Positions 1-9,483 are shown, counted from the stretch's first letter. The stretch is DNA of 32,000 nt from an uncultured Lentisphaeria bacterium (GCA_951812855.1 OX638337.1:1740001-1772000), one strand, 5' to 3'. Numbers and translations: made by a program. The notes: generated by a model from the sequence alone, not told the origin.

Positions 1-303
1 AAAATTGATGCATCAAGAGTAAAACCACAAGACAAGATTGTTGATCCGAATAAGGCCGAAGATAAGGGAGAATTAGGCAATGAGGGAGCAAGCGGAACCG
101 TTGTAACTGTAAGTAAGATTGTTCGTCCGGGAGCTGTTATGAGTGGAGATGTACGGTTTAAATCCGGTGCCACAGCGGAATGGCAGCTTGACCAGTCAGG
201 ACGTCTGGGACTAAACCCTACAGGTGATTCAGAAAAACCAACTGAAGAAGATATTCAGGATTTTCAAACCGAATTACAAAAGGCACTTCAGGGAAAAATG
301 TAA
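1..303 (+). CDS. 3' end of an unidentified protein-coding gene (5' part lies outside the window)
   Basis: Frame 1 is open from base 1 to a TAA at 301-303 (...VRFKSGATAEWQLDQSGRLGLNPTGDSEKPTEEDIQDFQTELQKALQGKM*). The stop overlaps the next gene's ATG (TAATG), which suggests translational coupling. I recognise no family; it is not ClpP-like. Confidence 0.5.
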   Translation, partial: KIDASRVKPQDKIVDPNKAEDKGELGNEGASGTVVTVSKIVRPGAVMSGDVRFKSGATAEWQLDQSGRLGLNPTGDSEKPTEEDIQDFQTELQKALQGKM

Positions 304-1892
304 TGGCAGACAAAGATAATAACAAACAATTTGAAGAGCTGCAAAAAAACCTGCAATCGTTATTTAAGAACTTAAATACTGATTCAATGTTTGTTCCGAT
401 GGATAAGAAGTCATCAAAAGAAAACCAGAATTTTTCAGAACCTGACCAGAGTGATAATTCCAATGATAACGAGATATTGGAGAGTATAAGAAATTTTGAT
501 CTAAAACCCAGAGATGTTAAGAATTTTTTAGATCGATTCGTCATAAAACAGGATGAGGCTAAAAAGGTCTTGTCTGTGGCTGTTTGTGATCATTATAACC
601 ATGTCCGGTTGTGTTTAGAAAATCCTGAACTCAATGAAAATGAATACACAAAACAAAATATTATTCTTTTGGGGCCGACGGGTGTTGGAAAAACGCATCT
701 CGTGCGCTGTATTTCAAAGTTGATTGGAGTCCCTTTTGTTAAAGCAGATGCAACGAAATTTTCTGAAACGGGCTATGTCGGTCATGACGCTGAAGATTTG
801 GTACGAGATTTGGTAAAACTTGCAGACGGTAATAGTAAACTGGCTGAATACGGCATCATATATATTGATGAGATTGATAAGATTGCATTCAGATCAACAG
901 GTGGACACCGGGACGTTTCGGGTCGGGGAGTTCAAATTAATTTACTAAAGCTAATGGAGGAAACTGATGTCAGTCTGACAAGTCAGACTGATATTGCCGG
1001 GCAAATGGAAGCCATGATGGGGTTTGTAAATAAGGGAAAGAGTGCAAAGAAAAAGACGATAAATACGGCACACATTCTTTTTATCGTCAGTGGTGCATTT
1101 GATAAATTGCCGGAGATGATTCAAAAACGAATTAAAGGCAGTCAGATCGGATTTGACAAAATTAATTCAAGTGAATCAAAGATTAGTGAGTGTCTGTCTT
1201 TAGTAGAAACCAGGGATTTCATCGAATACGGATTTGAACCGGAATTTATCGGCCGGTTACCTGTTCGGGTTTCGTGTGCGTCATTAGTTCCTGACGATTT
1301 GGAAAAGATTTTGATTCAGTCTGAGTCCAGTATTCTTTCTCAGTATAGAACTGATTTTCAGGGATACGGAATAACCATGGACGAAACGATTGATGCGATA
1401 AAAGAAATCGCTGTTCAGGCGGAAAAGGAAAATACCGGTGCACGGGGATTAATGACTGTTCTGGAGCGAATATTCCGGAATTTTAAGTTTGAGTTACCAT
1501 CAACGAACATAAATTCCATTACATTGAATAAAGAAATCGTTGCCAACCCTGAAGACAGTTTGAAAAAATTATTGAAAAAGGTTAAGGAAAAAGGGCACGA
1601 TACAATCCAGAAGGGGATTAATAAATTTACTGAAAACTTTAAAGAAAAACACGGACTGGAACTTATCTTCGACGATAATGCGGTTTCATTTTTGGCAAAA
1701 TCAAAGCTCAAAACAAATCAGTCAATTGTAAAATTGTGTGAAGAAAAATTCCAGGATTTTGAATTTGGTCTGAAGCTTGTTTCAAGGAATACCGGCAAAG
1801 AGAGTTTTGTTATTGATAAAAACGTGATTAAGGACCCGGACAAAGAATTATCGAAATGGGTTGTTGAAAGTTTTCAGAAAACGGACAGCTGA
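303..1892 (+). CDS. ClpX-family AAA+ unfoldase paralogue lacking the N-terminal zinc-binding domain and carrying a C-terminal extension
   Basis: 529 aa, aligning block by block with ClpX. Motifs present: Walker A LLGPTGVGKT, pore-1 loop ETGYVGHD, Walker B IIYIDEIDKI, DVSGRGVQ, sensor-1 FIVSGAF, IGF-like loop GSQIGFDK, EPEFIGRLPV and sensor-2 TGARGL. The N-terminal ~65 aa are acidic and Asn-rich with no Cys cluster. No RKH motif sits in the corresponding loop. About 110 extra C-terminal residues resemble a second copy of the small helical lid domain. Confidence 0.85.
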   Translation: MADKDNNKQFEELQKNLQSLFKNLNTDSMFVPMDKKSSKENQNFSEPDQSDNSNDNEILESIRNFDLKPRDVKNFLDRFVIKQDEAKKVLSVAVCDHYNHVRLCLENPELNENEYTKQNIILLGPTGVGKTHLVRCISKLIGVPFVKADATKFSETGYVGHDAEDLVRDLVKLADGNSKLAEYGIIYIDEIDKIAFRSTGGHRDVSGRGVQINLLKLMEETDVSLTSQTDIAGQMEAMMGFVNKGKSAKKKTINTAHILFIVSGAFDKLPEMIQKRIKGSQIGFDKINSSESKISECLSLVETRDFIEYGFEPEFIGRLPVRVSCASLVPDDLEKILIQSESSILSQYRTDFQGYGITMDETIDAIKEIAVQAEKENTGARGLMTVLERIFRNFKFELPSTNINSITLNKEIVANPEDSLKKLLKKVKEKGHDTIQKGINKFTENFKEKHGLELIFDDNAVSFLAKSKLKTNQSIVKLCEEKFQDFEFGLKLVSRNTGKESFVIDKNVIKDPDKELSKWVVESFQKTDS

Positions 1893-1971
1893 TTAACTCT
1901 GTTTTGAATAGACGATATCCTGTAATCCATAATAATTTAGTATTCATTTCCTTCTAATCCAATTCTTCAAT

Positions 1972-2751
1972 TTACCATTTCTTCCGAATGGGAATACCTG
2001 CTTCAGCTATTTCTTCTTTGATACCAGCTATGGTGTAGTCTCCAGTATGAATCATACTGGCAATTATTGCAGCATCAGCTTTCGCTTCAGTAAACACATC
2101 AATTAAATGCTGTGGCGTTCCTCCGCCACCAGAAGCGACAACAGGTATACTGACATTCTCAGATATGAGGCACGTTAAATTTAACTCATACCCTTCCCGG
2201 GTACCATCTGCATCAACAGAATTTACGACAATCTCTCCCACACCCAGACTTTCAGCTTTCTTTGCCCACTCAAGGGCATCAAGTCCGGTACGCTCTCTAA
2301 ATCCCCGAATGGTGATTTCATAACCGCTTGGATAGTTTACACGATCTGAGATTGATACCGGATCCATCCCCAATACAATGCATTGCGACCCGAAAATTCT
2401 TGCACCTTCTGAGATCATATCCGGATTATTTACTGCGAGCGAATTGATTGACACTTTTTCTGATCCGGCATATAACACATCATACATGTCATCCAATGTT
2501 GATATTCCTCCTCCTACTGAAAATGGTATCCGGATGGCTCTTGCAATTTCTTTTACCATGTCCAGATCAATTTTACGTTTTTCTGCAGATGCTGTTATGT
2601 CATAGAATACCAGTTCATCGCAACCACCTTTACTGTATTCCAATGCTAATTCTATTGGATCACCAATATCGACATTATTTTGAAATTTAACGCCTTTTGT
2701 AACACGTTTGTTTCGGACATCAAGGCAGGGAATAATTCGTTTTGTTAACAT
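1972..2751 (-). CDS. hisF: Imidazole glycerol phosphate synthase, cyclase subunit HisF
   Basis: 259 aa starting MLTKRIIPCLDVRNKRVTKGVKF, with ELVFYDITAS, IPFSVGGGI and VVASGGGG. This is the canonical HisF (beta/alpha)8 signature. Confidence 0.95.
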   Translation of the reverse strand: MLTKRIIPCLDVRNKRVTKGVKFQNNVDIGDPIELALEYSKGGCDELVFYDITASAEKRKIDLDMVKEIARAIRIPFSVGGGISTLDDMYDVLYAGSEKVSINSLAVNNPDMISEGARIFGSQCIVLGMDPVSISDRVNYPSGYEITIRGFRERTGLDALEWAKKAESLGVGEIVVNSVDADGTREGYELNLTCLISENVSIPVVASGGGGTPQHLIDVFTEAKADAAIIASMIHTGDYTIAGIKEEIAEAGIPIRKKW

Positions 2752-3368
2752 TCACCGTTCCATTTACTAAAGTTTTCGATTAATTTTAATCCTGTATTTC
2801 CAGATCGTTCCGGGTGAAATTGGGTTGCAATTAAATTTTTCCGCCCAACGATTGAAGCAAATTCAATCGTTGCATATTCGGTAATTCCCAATATCTCATC
2901 AGAGTCTTCAGGTGCAGGATAATAGCTGTGAATGAAATAAAATTCACTGTCATTTTCAATTTCAGTGAACAAAGGGTGGGCAACATTAAATTTAACTGAA
3001 TTCCAGCCCATTTGCGGTATCTTGTATTCAGAGTTATCCGTTTCAAATTTATCTACAGTTCCGGATAAAATACCTAAACAGTCAACCCCGCTGTTTTCAC
3101 TGGATGAGTCAAAAATGATTTGTGTTCCGAGACAAATTCCCAGAAAAGGAACACCGTCGGCAACAATTTCGGGGATCAGTTTTTTTAGATTCAGTTCATC
3201 TAAGTGCTGCATGGCTGATAACGCGGCACCATCTCCCGGGAAAACCACCCTTTCGGCTGCACGTATTTGTCCAGAATCACTGGTTATTCGGGAAGCAGCA
3301 CCAATGCTGTCAAACGCTAATTTGACGCTTGTCAGGTTTCCGGCTTTGTAATCAATTATTGCAATCAC
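2745..3368 (-). CDS. hisH: Imidazole glycerol phosphate synthase, glutaminase subunit HisH
   Basis: 207 aa starting MIAIIDYKAGNLTSVKLAF, with the class-I amidotransferase nucleophile elbow LGICLGTQ and C-terminal QFHPERS. It overlaps hisF by 7 nt. Confidence 0.95.
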   Translation of the reverse strand: MIAIIDYKAGNLTSVKLAFDSIGAASRITSDSGQIRAAERVVFPGDGAALSAMQHLDELNLKKLIPEIVADGVPFLGICLGTQIIFDSSSENSGVDCLGILSGTVDKFETDNSEYKIPQMGWNSVKFNVAHPLFTEIENDSEFYFIHSYYPAPEDSDEILGITEYATIEFASIVGRKNLIATQFHPERSGNTGLKLIENFSKWNGEC

Positions 3369-3729
3369 TGGTTTTCCTTTTCAGTAATAATAATCTATCC
3401 GTATCTTTCTTAATTTTATCAAATTATAATACTATCACGGTTTAAAGTCATTGGTAGCAGATTTTTACGTCATCATTATTTTTGATCTGATTTAGGAAAA
3501 TCCTGCGTTCAGAATTTTATAATTGATTTGTCATTGTGCTGAATAGACGAATATATCGTTTGGATTGAAATCATTGTTTCCGACTGTATACAGTCATTAT
3601 CTTGCAGTATTGTTCATTCGCTTTCAAAATTTTATCCCAATGAATTTAATTTGAATCGAAGCTTGAAATTTCACGATAATAATAACTTTCTCTCCGATTT
3701 TCCATGAATTTTTATAATTGGTTATTCAT

Positions 3730-5016
3730 ATGAAAATTTTAGGTCTATCTGCATTTTATCATGATTCGGCTGCTGCATTGGTTGTCGATGGCGAAATAAT
3801 CGCAGCAGCACAGGAAGAACGTTTTACCCGGATTAAACATGATTCAGCCTTTCCGACACACGCAGTTCAATTCTGTTTTGACTATGGAAAGTGTGAGATA
3901 GAGAACATTGATTACGTGGTTTTTTATGATAAACCGCTGCTGAAATTCGACCGTTTGATCGAAACTTATGTTTCTTATGCACCCAGGGGATATAAATCTT
4001 TTATTAAGGCGATTCCAGTCTGGATGAAAGAAAAAATGCGTCTTCGGCATCAGATTAAAGAGGTTTTGGGTAAAATTAAAAATCCGATCGTTTTTACTGA
4101 ACATCATCAATCACATGCTGCAAGTGCATTTTTCCCATCACCGTATGATGAAACAGCTGTCATTACAGTTGACGGCGTCGGAGAGTGGGCGACTGCCAGT
4201 ATTGGGAAGGGGAGCGGTTCAGAATTATCGCTATTGCAAACGGAAAAATTTTACAGGAAAGAATTTTTGATAATATATGGATACAACCCGCCGCAGGGGA
4301 TGCCGGGGGGCACTCGGGGCAGCTTTGTTTGTCTGGTATCAATTGTTAAAAAACAAACGAGTCACCAACGGAAAAGATTGTCAAAAAGGAAGTTTATTGG
4401 GTCCTCGATATACAAATGATGATATGACTCATTTTTTAGACAGCAGGGATGTTCTTTATCATTCGATACGTGATGAAAATATTTTATTAGATAAAATTGT
4501 CGATGGAATGATTAATGGAAAAGTTGTCGGCTGCTTTAACGGCCGCATGGAATTTGGACCACGAGCATTGGGTGCCTGCAGTATTATTGGGGATGCCAGA
4601 AATACGACAATGCAATCAGTGATGAATCGAAAAAAGCCTTTAGTGATGAGGAAGAAAGACTTAATCAGGACTCAGATTTAAGAAAGAGAGTAAATTTAAA
4701 ACGGTCTACAATTCCTGCTGTTACACATGTCGATTATTCAGCAAGAGTTCAGACGGTGGATGAGGAACGCCATGGGCGTTATTACAGGCTTATAAAAAAA
4801 TTTAAGGAACAGACCGGCTGTCCCGTTATTATAAATACGAGTTTTAATATTAGAGGTGAGCCGATCGTTAATACTCCGGAAAATGCCTATAATTGTTTTA
4901 TGAAAACTGATATTGACATACTTGTATTAGAGGATAATATCATTTTTAAAGATGGACAGAAAAAAATTCAGGATTCAGAAATACAAGAGTATAGAAATGG
5001 ATTTCCTTTGGATTGA
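3730..5016 (+). pseudogene. NodU/CmcH-type carbamoyltransferase, inactivated by two internal deletions and a homopolymer frameshift
   Basis: ORF-track fragments 3718-4419, 4277-4681 and 4756-5016 read as one carbamoyltransferase. Frame 1 gives MKILGLSAFYHDSAAAL...HHQSHAASAF...DGVGEWAT. Frame 3 (4227-4310) gives ANGKILQERIFDNIWIQPAAGDAGG. Frame 2 gives ALGAALFVWYQLL...GRMEFGPRALGA...MQSVMN. Frame 1 then gives STIPAVTHVDYSARVQTV...INTSFNIRGEPIV. Frame changes occur at ~4222-4232, at the G6 run 4305-4310 and at ~4620-4630. Conserved blocks expected between the joined segments are absent. Confidence 0.85.
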
Positions 5017-5095
5017 TCTTTTTAAGTTGTGTTAAATGCAAATCAACCATCATTGATCGGCAATTAAGTTAAACCCTTTAGATAAAATCGCATAA

Positions 5096-5536
5096 ATGAT
5101 AAACCCGTTTGAAGAGATAAATTGGTCGCCGAACAAATTCGAAATTAAAGACTTTGGCAAGTCATTAATTATCGGAGGTGCTATTTTATTAACCTGTATG
5201 AGTTTGTATCGGACTTTTTTTATAACTGCAGGTCATGGCATAAAAATAGTTCAATTGGCGTTTGCCCTAATTCTCATTTTCGGTCTCATGGCGTATTTAT
5301 TGCCCGTTGTTTCAAAGCCTGTTTATTTAATTTGGTTTTTCATTGGTGCCTGTATTGGCACAGTTATTTCAAATCTTTTATTTCTTGCCTTCTATTATCT
5401 GTTTTTTTCTCCCATTGCATTTGTTGTCAGATTAAATGGAAGATATCCGCTAAAGATTAAGTCCAAAAATTGTGATTCTAATTGGGTTGATAAAGTCGGG
5501 AAACATGATGTAAAACGCTATTTCCGTCAATATTGA
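5096..5536 (+). CDS. Small multi-pass membrane protein, SxtJ-like (carbamoyltransferase-associated family)
   Basis: 146 aa with several hydrophobic helices and a basic C-terminus ending KRYFRQY. Its position directly after a carbamoyltransferase and before a DUF5989/SxtK-like remnant matches the sxtI-sxtJ-sxtK gene order. The family assignment rests on recollection of that family and on context, not on a search. Confidence 0.5.
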   Translation: MINPFEEINWSPNKFEIKDFGKSLIIGGAILLTCMSLYRTFFITAGHGIKIVQLAFALILIFGLMAYLLPVVSKPVYLIWFFIGACIGTVISNLLFLAFYYLFFSPIAFVVRLNGRYPLKIKSKNCDSNWVDKVGKHDVKRYFRQY

Positions 5537-5617
5537 GGTGAATTTTTGATGGGTCTGTTAATCATCTTTAGTGGTTCTTCGGCTGCACCGTTTATCTAAA
5601 CTCTGTTCATAGGTTAA
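5537..5617 (+). pseudogene. Remnant of a DUF5989/SxtK-like small membrane protein gene
   Basis: Reads GEFLMGLLIIFSGSSAAPFI-TAA(5597-5599)-TLF. As I recall, this family of ~50 aa proteins ends in ...GS.A.APFIYTLF, so the Tyr codon is now TAA and the N-terminal half is missing. Confidence 0.4.
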
Positions 5618-5622
5618 TAATA

Positions 5623-7038
5623 ATGAAATTACATCAGCGAATATTTTTAGGAATGGGAATCGGTCTGATTTTCGGCCTTATCCTGTTAACATGTTTTGAC
5701 CATCAGTCTGATTTATTTAATACGATTATTTGGTGGTTGAATCTTTTTGGCAAAGATACGTTTATCGCTTTGTTAAAGATGATTATTGCACCATTGATTT
5801 TTAGTTCTATTGTTGCGGGGATTACCAGCTTGCCGAATATGAAGGAATTGGGGGCAATTGGTGTTAAAGTGTTTGGGTTTTATTTCATCACAACAACCCT
5901 TGCTGTTGCAATTGGTTTAGCAGCAGTTCTTTATATTAAACCCGGGAAAAAGGACGCTTCAAATAAGATTCGTGAACAGCGGGTTACCCAACTAAACACC
6001 CATAGAGAAAATTATCGTAGAGTAATAAATAACCAGGATCCTTTCGCACCGGAACATCTGCCTGGATATCTGCGTTATATTGCTTCTGCAGAAGGGACAG
6101 AAATCACACAGTCGAATCTTGAATCAAAATGGCAGCATATCAAAGCCAAGAAGGATTTAAGTGCTGGAGACATGTTTAAGAAAGATATCTTATCGCCTCT
6201 GATGATGAACCCGTTTCATGCGTTGTCACAGTCACCGCCAAATTCATTAGGAATTATATTTTTTGCAGTTTTACTGGGTTTGGCATGTATGGCTGTCGGA
6301 AAATCATCTGAGCCCGTTGTCCAGTTCTTTGTTGCACTTGCAGACGTCATGATGAAGGTTACTCTATGGGTCATGGAGTTTGCCCCCATTGCTCTGGGTT
6401 GTATTATCGCTTCCTTAGTTGCAACGTTGGGAGTCGATGCACTGACATCGCTTGGTTGGTATTGTATAACTGTCGTCTTTGGTATTGGAATCCATATCAT
6501 CATTTTGTTAATGATTGTCAGTGTATTTGGAAAAACGTCACCATTGACATTTATGAAAGGTATTCGAACTGCCTGGTTAATTGCTTTTTCCACAACATCC
6601 TCCGCAGCAACGTTACCTGTAACTTTGGAATGTGTGGTTGATAATCTTAACATTTCGCCTAAGATCGCAAATTTTAATTTGCCGATTGGTGCAACCATGA
6701 ATATGGACGGCACGGCTTTATATGAAGGTGTTGCAATAATTTTTTTGATTCAAATTTATGGAGGGCTCGATGATGTGCCGGTTGTCTTAACTGCAGGTAA
6801 AACTTTTGTTATTTTTATCACCGCTGTTCTTGCATCAATCGGTGCTGCAGCAATACCCAGTGCTGGTTTAGTAACGATGGCCATTGTGGCTTCGGCAGTT
6901 GGACTGCCGCTCTATTATATCTTTTTGATCTATGCGGTTGATCATTTACTGGATATGTTTCGAACATCTACAAATGTATTAAGCGATGCTGCCTGTGCAG
7001 TGGTCATAAATCGATTTGAAGGGCATCGTTTAGAATAA
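5623..7038 (+). CDS. Dicarboxylate/amino acid:cation symporter (DAACS/GltP family)
   Basis: 471 aa polytopic membrane protein with family blocks SSSAATLPVT and GATMNMDGTALYEGVAIIFLIQ. A ~90 aa hydrophilic insert follows the third hydrophobic segment. Confidence 0.9.
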   Translation: MKLHQRIFLGMGIGLIFGLILLTCFDHQSDLFNTIIWWLNLFGKDTFIALLKMIIAPLIFSSIVAGITSLPNMKELGAIGVKVFGFYFITTTLAVAIGLAAVLYIKPGKKDASNKIREQRVTQLNTHRENYRRVINNQDPFAPEHLPGYLRYIASAEGTEITQSNLESKWQHIKAKKDLSAGDMFKKDILSPLMMNPFHALSQSPPNSLGIIFFAVLLGLACMAVGKSSEPVVQFFVALADVMMKVTLWVMEFAPIALGCIIASLVATLGVDALTSLGWYCITVVFGIGIHIIILLMIVSVFGKTSPLTFMKGIRTAWLIAFSTTSSAATLPVTLECVVDNLNISPKIANFNLPIGATMNMDGTALYEGVAIIFLIQIYGGLDDVPVVLTAGKTFVIFITAVLASIGAAAIPSAGLVTMAIVASAVGLPLYYIFLIYAVDHLLDMFRTSTNVLSDAACAVVINRFEGHRLE

Positions 7039-7330
7039 CGAAAAATATTGAGGGAATAAAGCACGGCAAGGCGTTGATATTTTACGAAAACGACAACAAA
7101 AAAACGGATGCAATATTTAATAACGGCTGTCTTTGGCGGATTCATGATGTAGGATCGAAATGGAAATCAAACAGCTAACGGCAGTTATAAAGACGGCCAG
7201 TCATGGGATGGACGATTTATTTCAATTAATGAATCGCAGCAAAGAGTTGAATTTAATAAATACAAAAATGGAAAATTAATTAAATAAAATTTTCTTCCTA
7301 TGTATCTCGGCTAAAAATTAAGGCTGTGGT

Positions 7331-8152
7331 TTACGCCTTTTCATATGGCATTAATTGTCCCCCGGTAATTGATGCTCCACCATCTACATGAAGAATCTGA
7401 CCGGTTATTTTTTGAGAGTAATTCCCGAGCAGGAATAACGCGGCGTTAGCAACCTCTTCTTTATCCTTTTCAGTATCCCATGGAATTGGGCTGGTATTGT
7501 TCCATGTTTGACTTAACTCAGTAAATCCAGGTATATTAGTTGCTGCCTTTGTTGACAGGGGACCGGCAGATACCGCATTGACACGAATTAAATCTTGACC
7601 GTGCTGACGAGCCAATCCTCTTACCACAGCTTCAAGTGCTGCCTTATTTACACCCATCCAGTTGTAATACGGATAGACGTGCTTTGTATCAAATGTAAGC
7701 GTGACAATTGATGAAGGCTTTTTAAGTGAATTTGTCGCGTGTCGTGTGACTGAGGCCAGTGAGATACTGCTAATATGAAAACCGTTTTTTAGATCTTCGA
7801 TCGCATCTGTATGAAAATTCTCTCCCAAGCCGGTTTTAGGATTTACATAAGCAATTGAATGAACAATACCTGCCAACGATTCGATGTCTGAAAATAGGTC
7901 TGTCAGTTCTTCTTCAATTGTGATATCACAAAAACGGATTTCAAGTTTTTCCTTTTCTTCTTTGGACAATTTTTTGTTCCGGTCGAAGAGTAATCGTTTC
8001 ATCCGCTCATTCTGAACAGTGTATATGACTCGTCCGCCTTGTTCAGTAATTTTTCTGCCAATTGCAAACGCGATTGAATCCGGGTCTAAAAGGCCCATTA
8101 CCAGATATGTTTCACCCTTTTCTATCATTGATTTCATTTCCTGTTTTATCAA
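7331..8152 (-). CDS. Enoyl-[acyl-carrier-protein] reductase, FabI-like SDR
   Basis: 273 aa with the FabI-type N-terminal dinucleotide motif VMGLLDPDSIAFAIG, HSIAY, and a Y-x6-K catalytic spacing in YNWMGVNKAALEAVVRGLA. Confidence 0.75.
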   Translation of the reverse strand: MIKQEMKSMIEKGETYLVMGLLDPDSIAFAIGRKITEQGGRVIYTVQNERMKRLLFDRNKKLSKEEKEKLEIRFCDITIEEELTDLFSDIESLAGIVHSIAYVNPKTGLGENFHTDAIEDLKNGFHISSISLASVTRHATNSLKKPSSIVTLTFDTKHVYPYYNWMGVNKAALEAVVRGLARQHGQDLIRVNAVSAGPLSTKAATNIPGFTELSQTWNNTSPIPWDTEKDKEEVANAALFLLGNYSQKITGQILHVDGGASITGGQLMPYEKA

Positions 8153-8155
8153 GTT

Positions 8156-9280
8156 CTATGATGTTAATGCTTTGTAATATGCCCGTTCTGAATACACGGA
8201 CCAGGTTGATACCTTCAACTTAAATTTTTCGAAGGATTGATATACTTTTTTACTGGATGAATCCGACGATATGATTTCATTAATCACATCGTTTGATATT
8301 TGTTTTAATTTTTTCAATACGTCATCAGGAAATCTTCTCAGCTCAATTTTGGGATTCTGAATCAGCTTTTGTAAATAGTCACTGTTTTTAGATTCAAATT
8401 CTGATACCGTCCAGATGTTCGATCGATAAGCAGCGGTCTTTATAATTGACTTTAAATGATCGGGCAGGGAATTATAAGCGTTTTTATTGATAAACATCTC
8501 AAGAACAGTCCCGGGTTCATGCCATCCCGGAAAATAGTAATATTTTGCAATCTTGTGGAATCCCATGAGGAAATCGTGGTAAGGACCTACCCATTCGGTT
8601 GCATCAATAACACCACGTTCGAGATTTGTAAAAATCTCCCCCCCGGCAGACAGTATTGCAGACCCTCCGGCTTGTCCAATCACTTTTCCGCCGAGTCCGG
8701 GAATCCGCATTTTCAGTCCTCTTATATCGTCAATGGAATTTATTTCTTTATTAAACCATCCCCCCATTTGTACGCCTGAATTGCCAATCGGAAAGGGAAC
8801 CAGATTAAATGCAGAGTAAACCTCTTGCCACAATTCTAATCCGCCACCACTATATAACCAGGCGTTCATCTGCTGGGCGTTCATTCCGAAAGGAACAGAT
8901 GCAAAAAATTGGGTTGCCGCTGCTTTTCCTGCCCAATAATAGGATGCACCATGTCCCATTTCAGCAACACCCTGACTCACTGCATCAAATGCTTCTAAAG
9001 CGGGCACTAATTCGCCACCGCCGTATACATGAATTTGTAACTGACCTCCGGACATCTCTTCAATCCACTCAGCCAATTTTTCAGCCCCTTCGCCCATAAT
9101 CGGGAAATGAGGCGGCCACGTGGTGATCATTTTCCACTTATAAGACTTATTTGTCTGAATATTTGGGAATGCCTGATTTGAAGATTGTTTACTGCATGAA
9201 GGCAGTGTTAACAGACCGGCACCCAATACTGTTTTGGAGGTAATATTTTTAACAAATTTTCGTCGGGTGATTTGTTTCAT
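8156..9280 (-). CDS. TRAP transporter solute-binding protein (DctP family) with twin-arginine signal peptide
   Basis: 374 aa. The N-terminus MKQITRRKFVKN...LPSC carries a Tat motif. Strong family blocks follow: TTWPPHFPIMGEGAEKLAEWIEEMSGGQLQIHVYGGGELVPALEAFDAVSQGVAEMGHGASYYW, GVQMGGWF, LKMRIPGLGG and IDATEWVGPY. No DctQ/DctM genes are adjacent. Confidence 0.9.
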   Translation of the reverse strand: MKQITRRKFVKNITSKTVLGAGLLTLPSCSKQSSNQAFPNIQTNKSYKWKMITTWPPHFPIMGEGAEKLAEWIEEMSGGQLQIHVYGGGELVPALEAFDAVSQGVAEMGHGASYYWAGKAAATQFFASVPFGMNAQQMNAWLYSGGGLELWQEVYSAFNLVPFPIGNSGVQMGGWFNKEINSIDDIRGLKMRIPGLGGKVIGQAGGSAILSAGGEIFTNLERGVIDATEWVGPYHDFLMGFHKIAKYYYFPGWHEPGTVLEMFINKNAYNSLPDHLKSIIKTAAYRSNIWTVSEFESKNSDYLQKLIQNPKIELRRFPDDVLKKLKQISNDVINEIISSDSSSKKVYQSFEKFKLKVSTWSVYSERAYYKALTS

Positions 9281-9483
9281 GGTTTACTATCGGATCAATT
9301 TCACTCTCTGCGTTAATGATTTCAGTAAATTAACACTTATTTTTTTGTAGTAAAGACCGACATTAGTTTGATATGAATGAATCTATTTTATTTTGAGCCG
9401 GGGGCCGTTGATTATTCTGATTAGAAGACCAGGTTGTGGATTCTGCCCATATACATGGAACAAACTGAGTCAGGCTATGGAAA

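Noticed and set aside
1972-3368. hisH-hisF without hisA, next to a carbamoyltransferase, could be polysaccharide-modification paralogues (WbuY/WbuZ-like)
   Set aside because: Both proteins carry the canonical HisH/HisF signatures (RIIPCLDV, VFYDITAS). They are transcribed divergently from the carbamoyltransferase locus, so a genuine histidine-biosynthesis role is the better reading.
6216-6713. 165-aa ORF antisense to the DAACS transporter
   Set aside because: It lies entirely within a strongly conserved gene on the opposite strand and its sequence is not protein-like. The same applies to the other antisense or overlapping track ORFs 218-544, 1246-1711, 2378-2690, 2831-3351, 3844-4110, 6366-6641, 8456-9099, 11111-11329, 11931-12161, 17236-17463, 17991-18221, 19261-19539, 22865-23095 and 24257-24553.
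7160-7279. 39-codon ORF (MEIKQLTAVIKTASHGMDDLFQLMNRSKELNLINTKMEN) in the transporter/fabI-like intergenic region
   Set aside because: It has no recognisable family and no convincing ribosome-binding site, and it is too short to judge. It is not reported as a gene.
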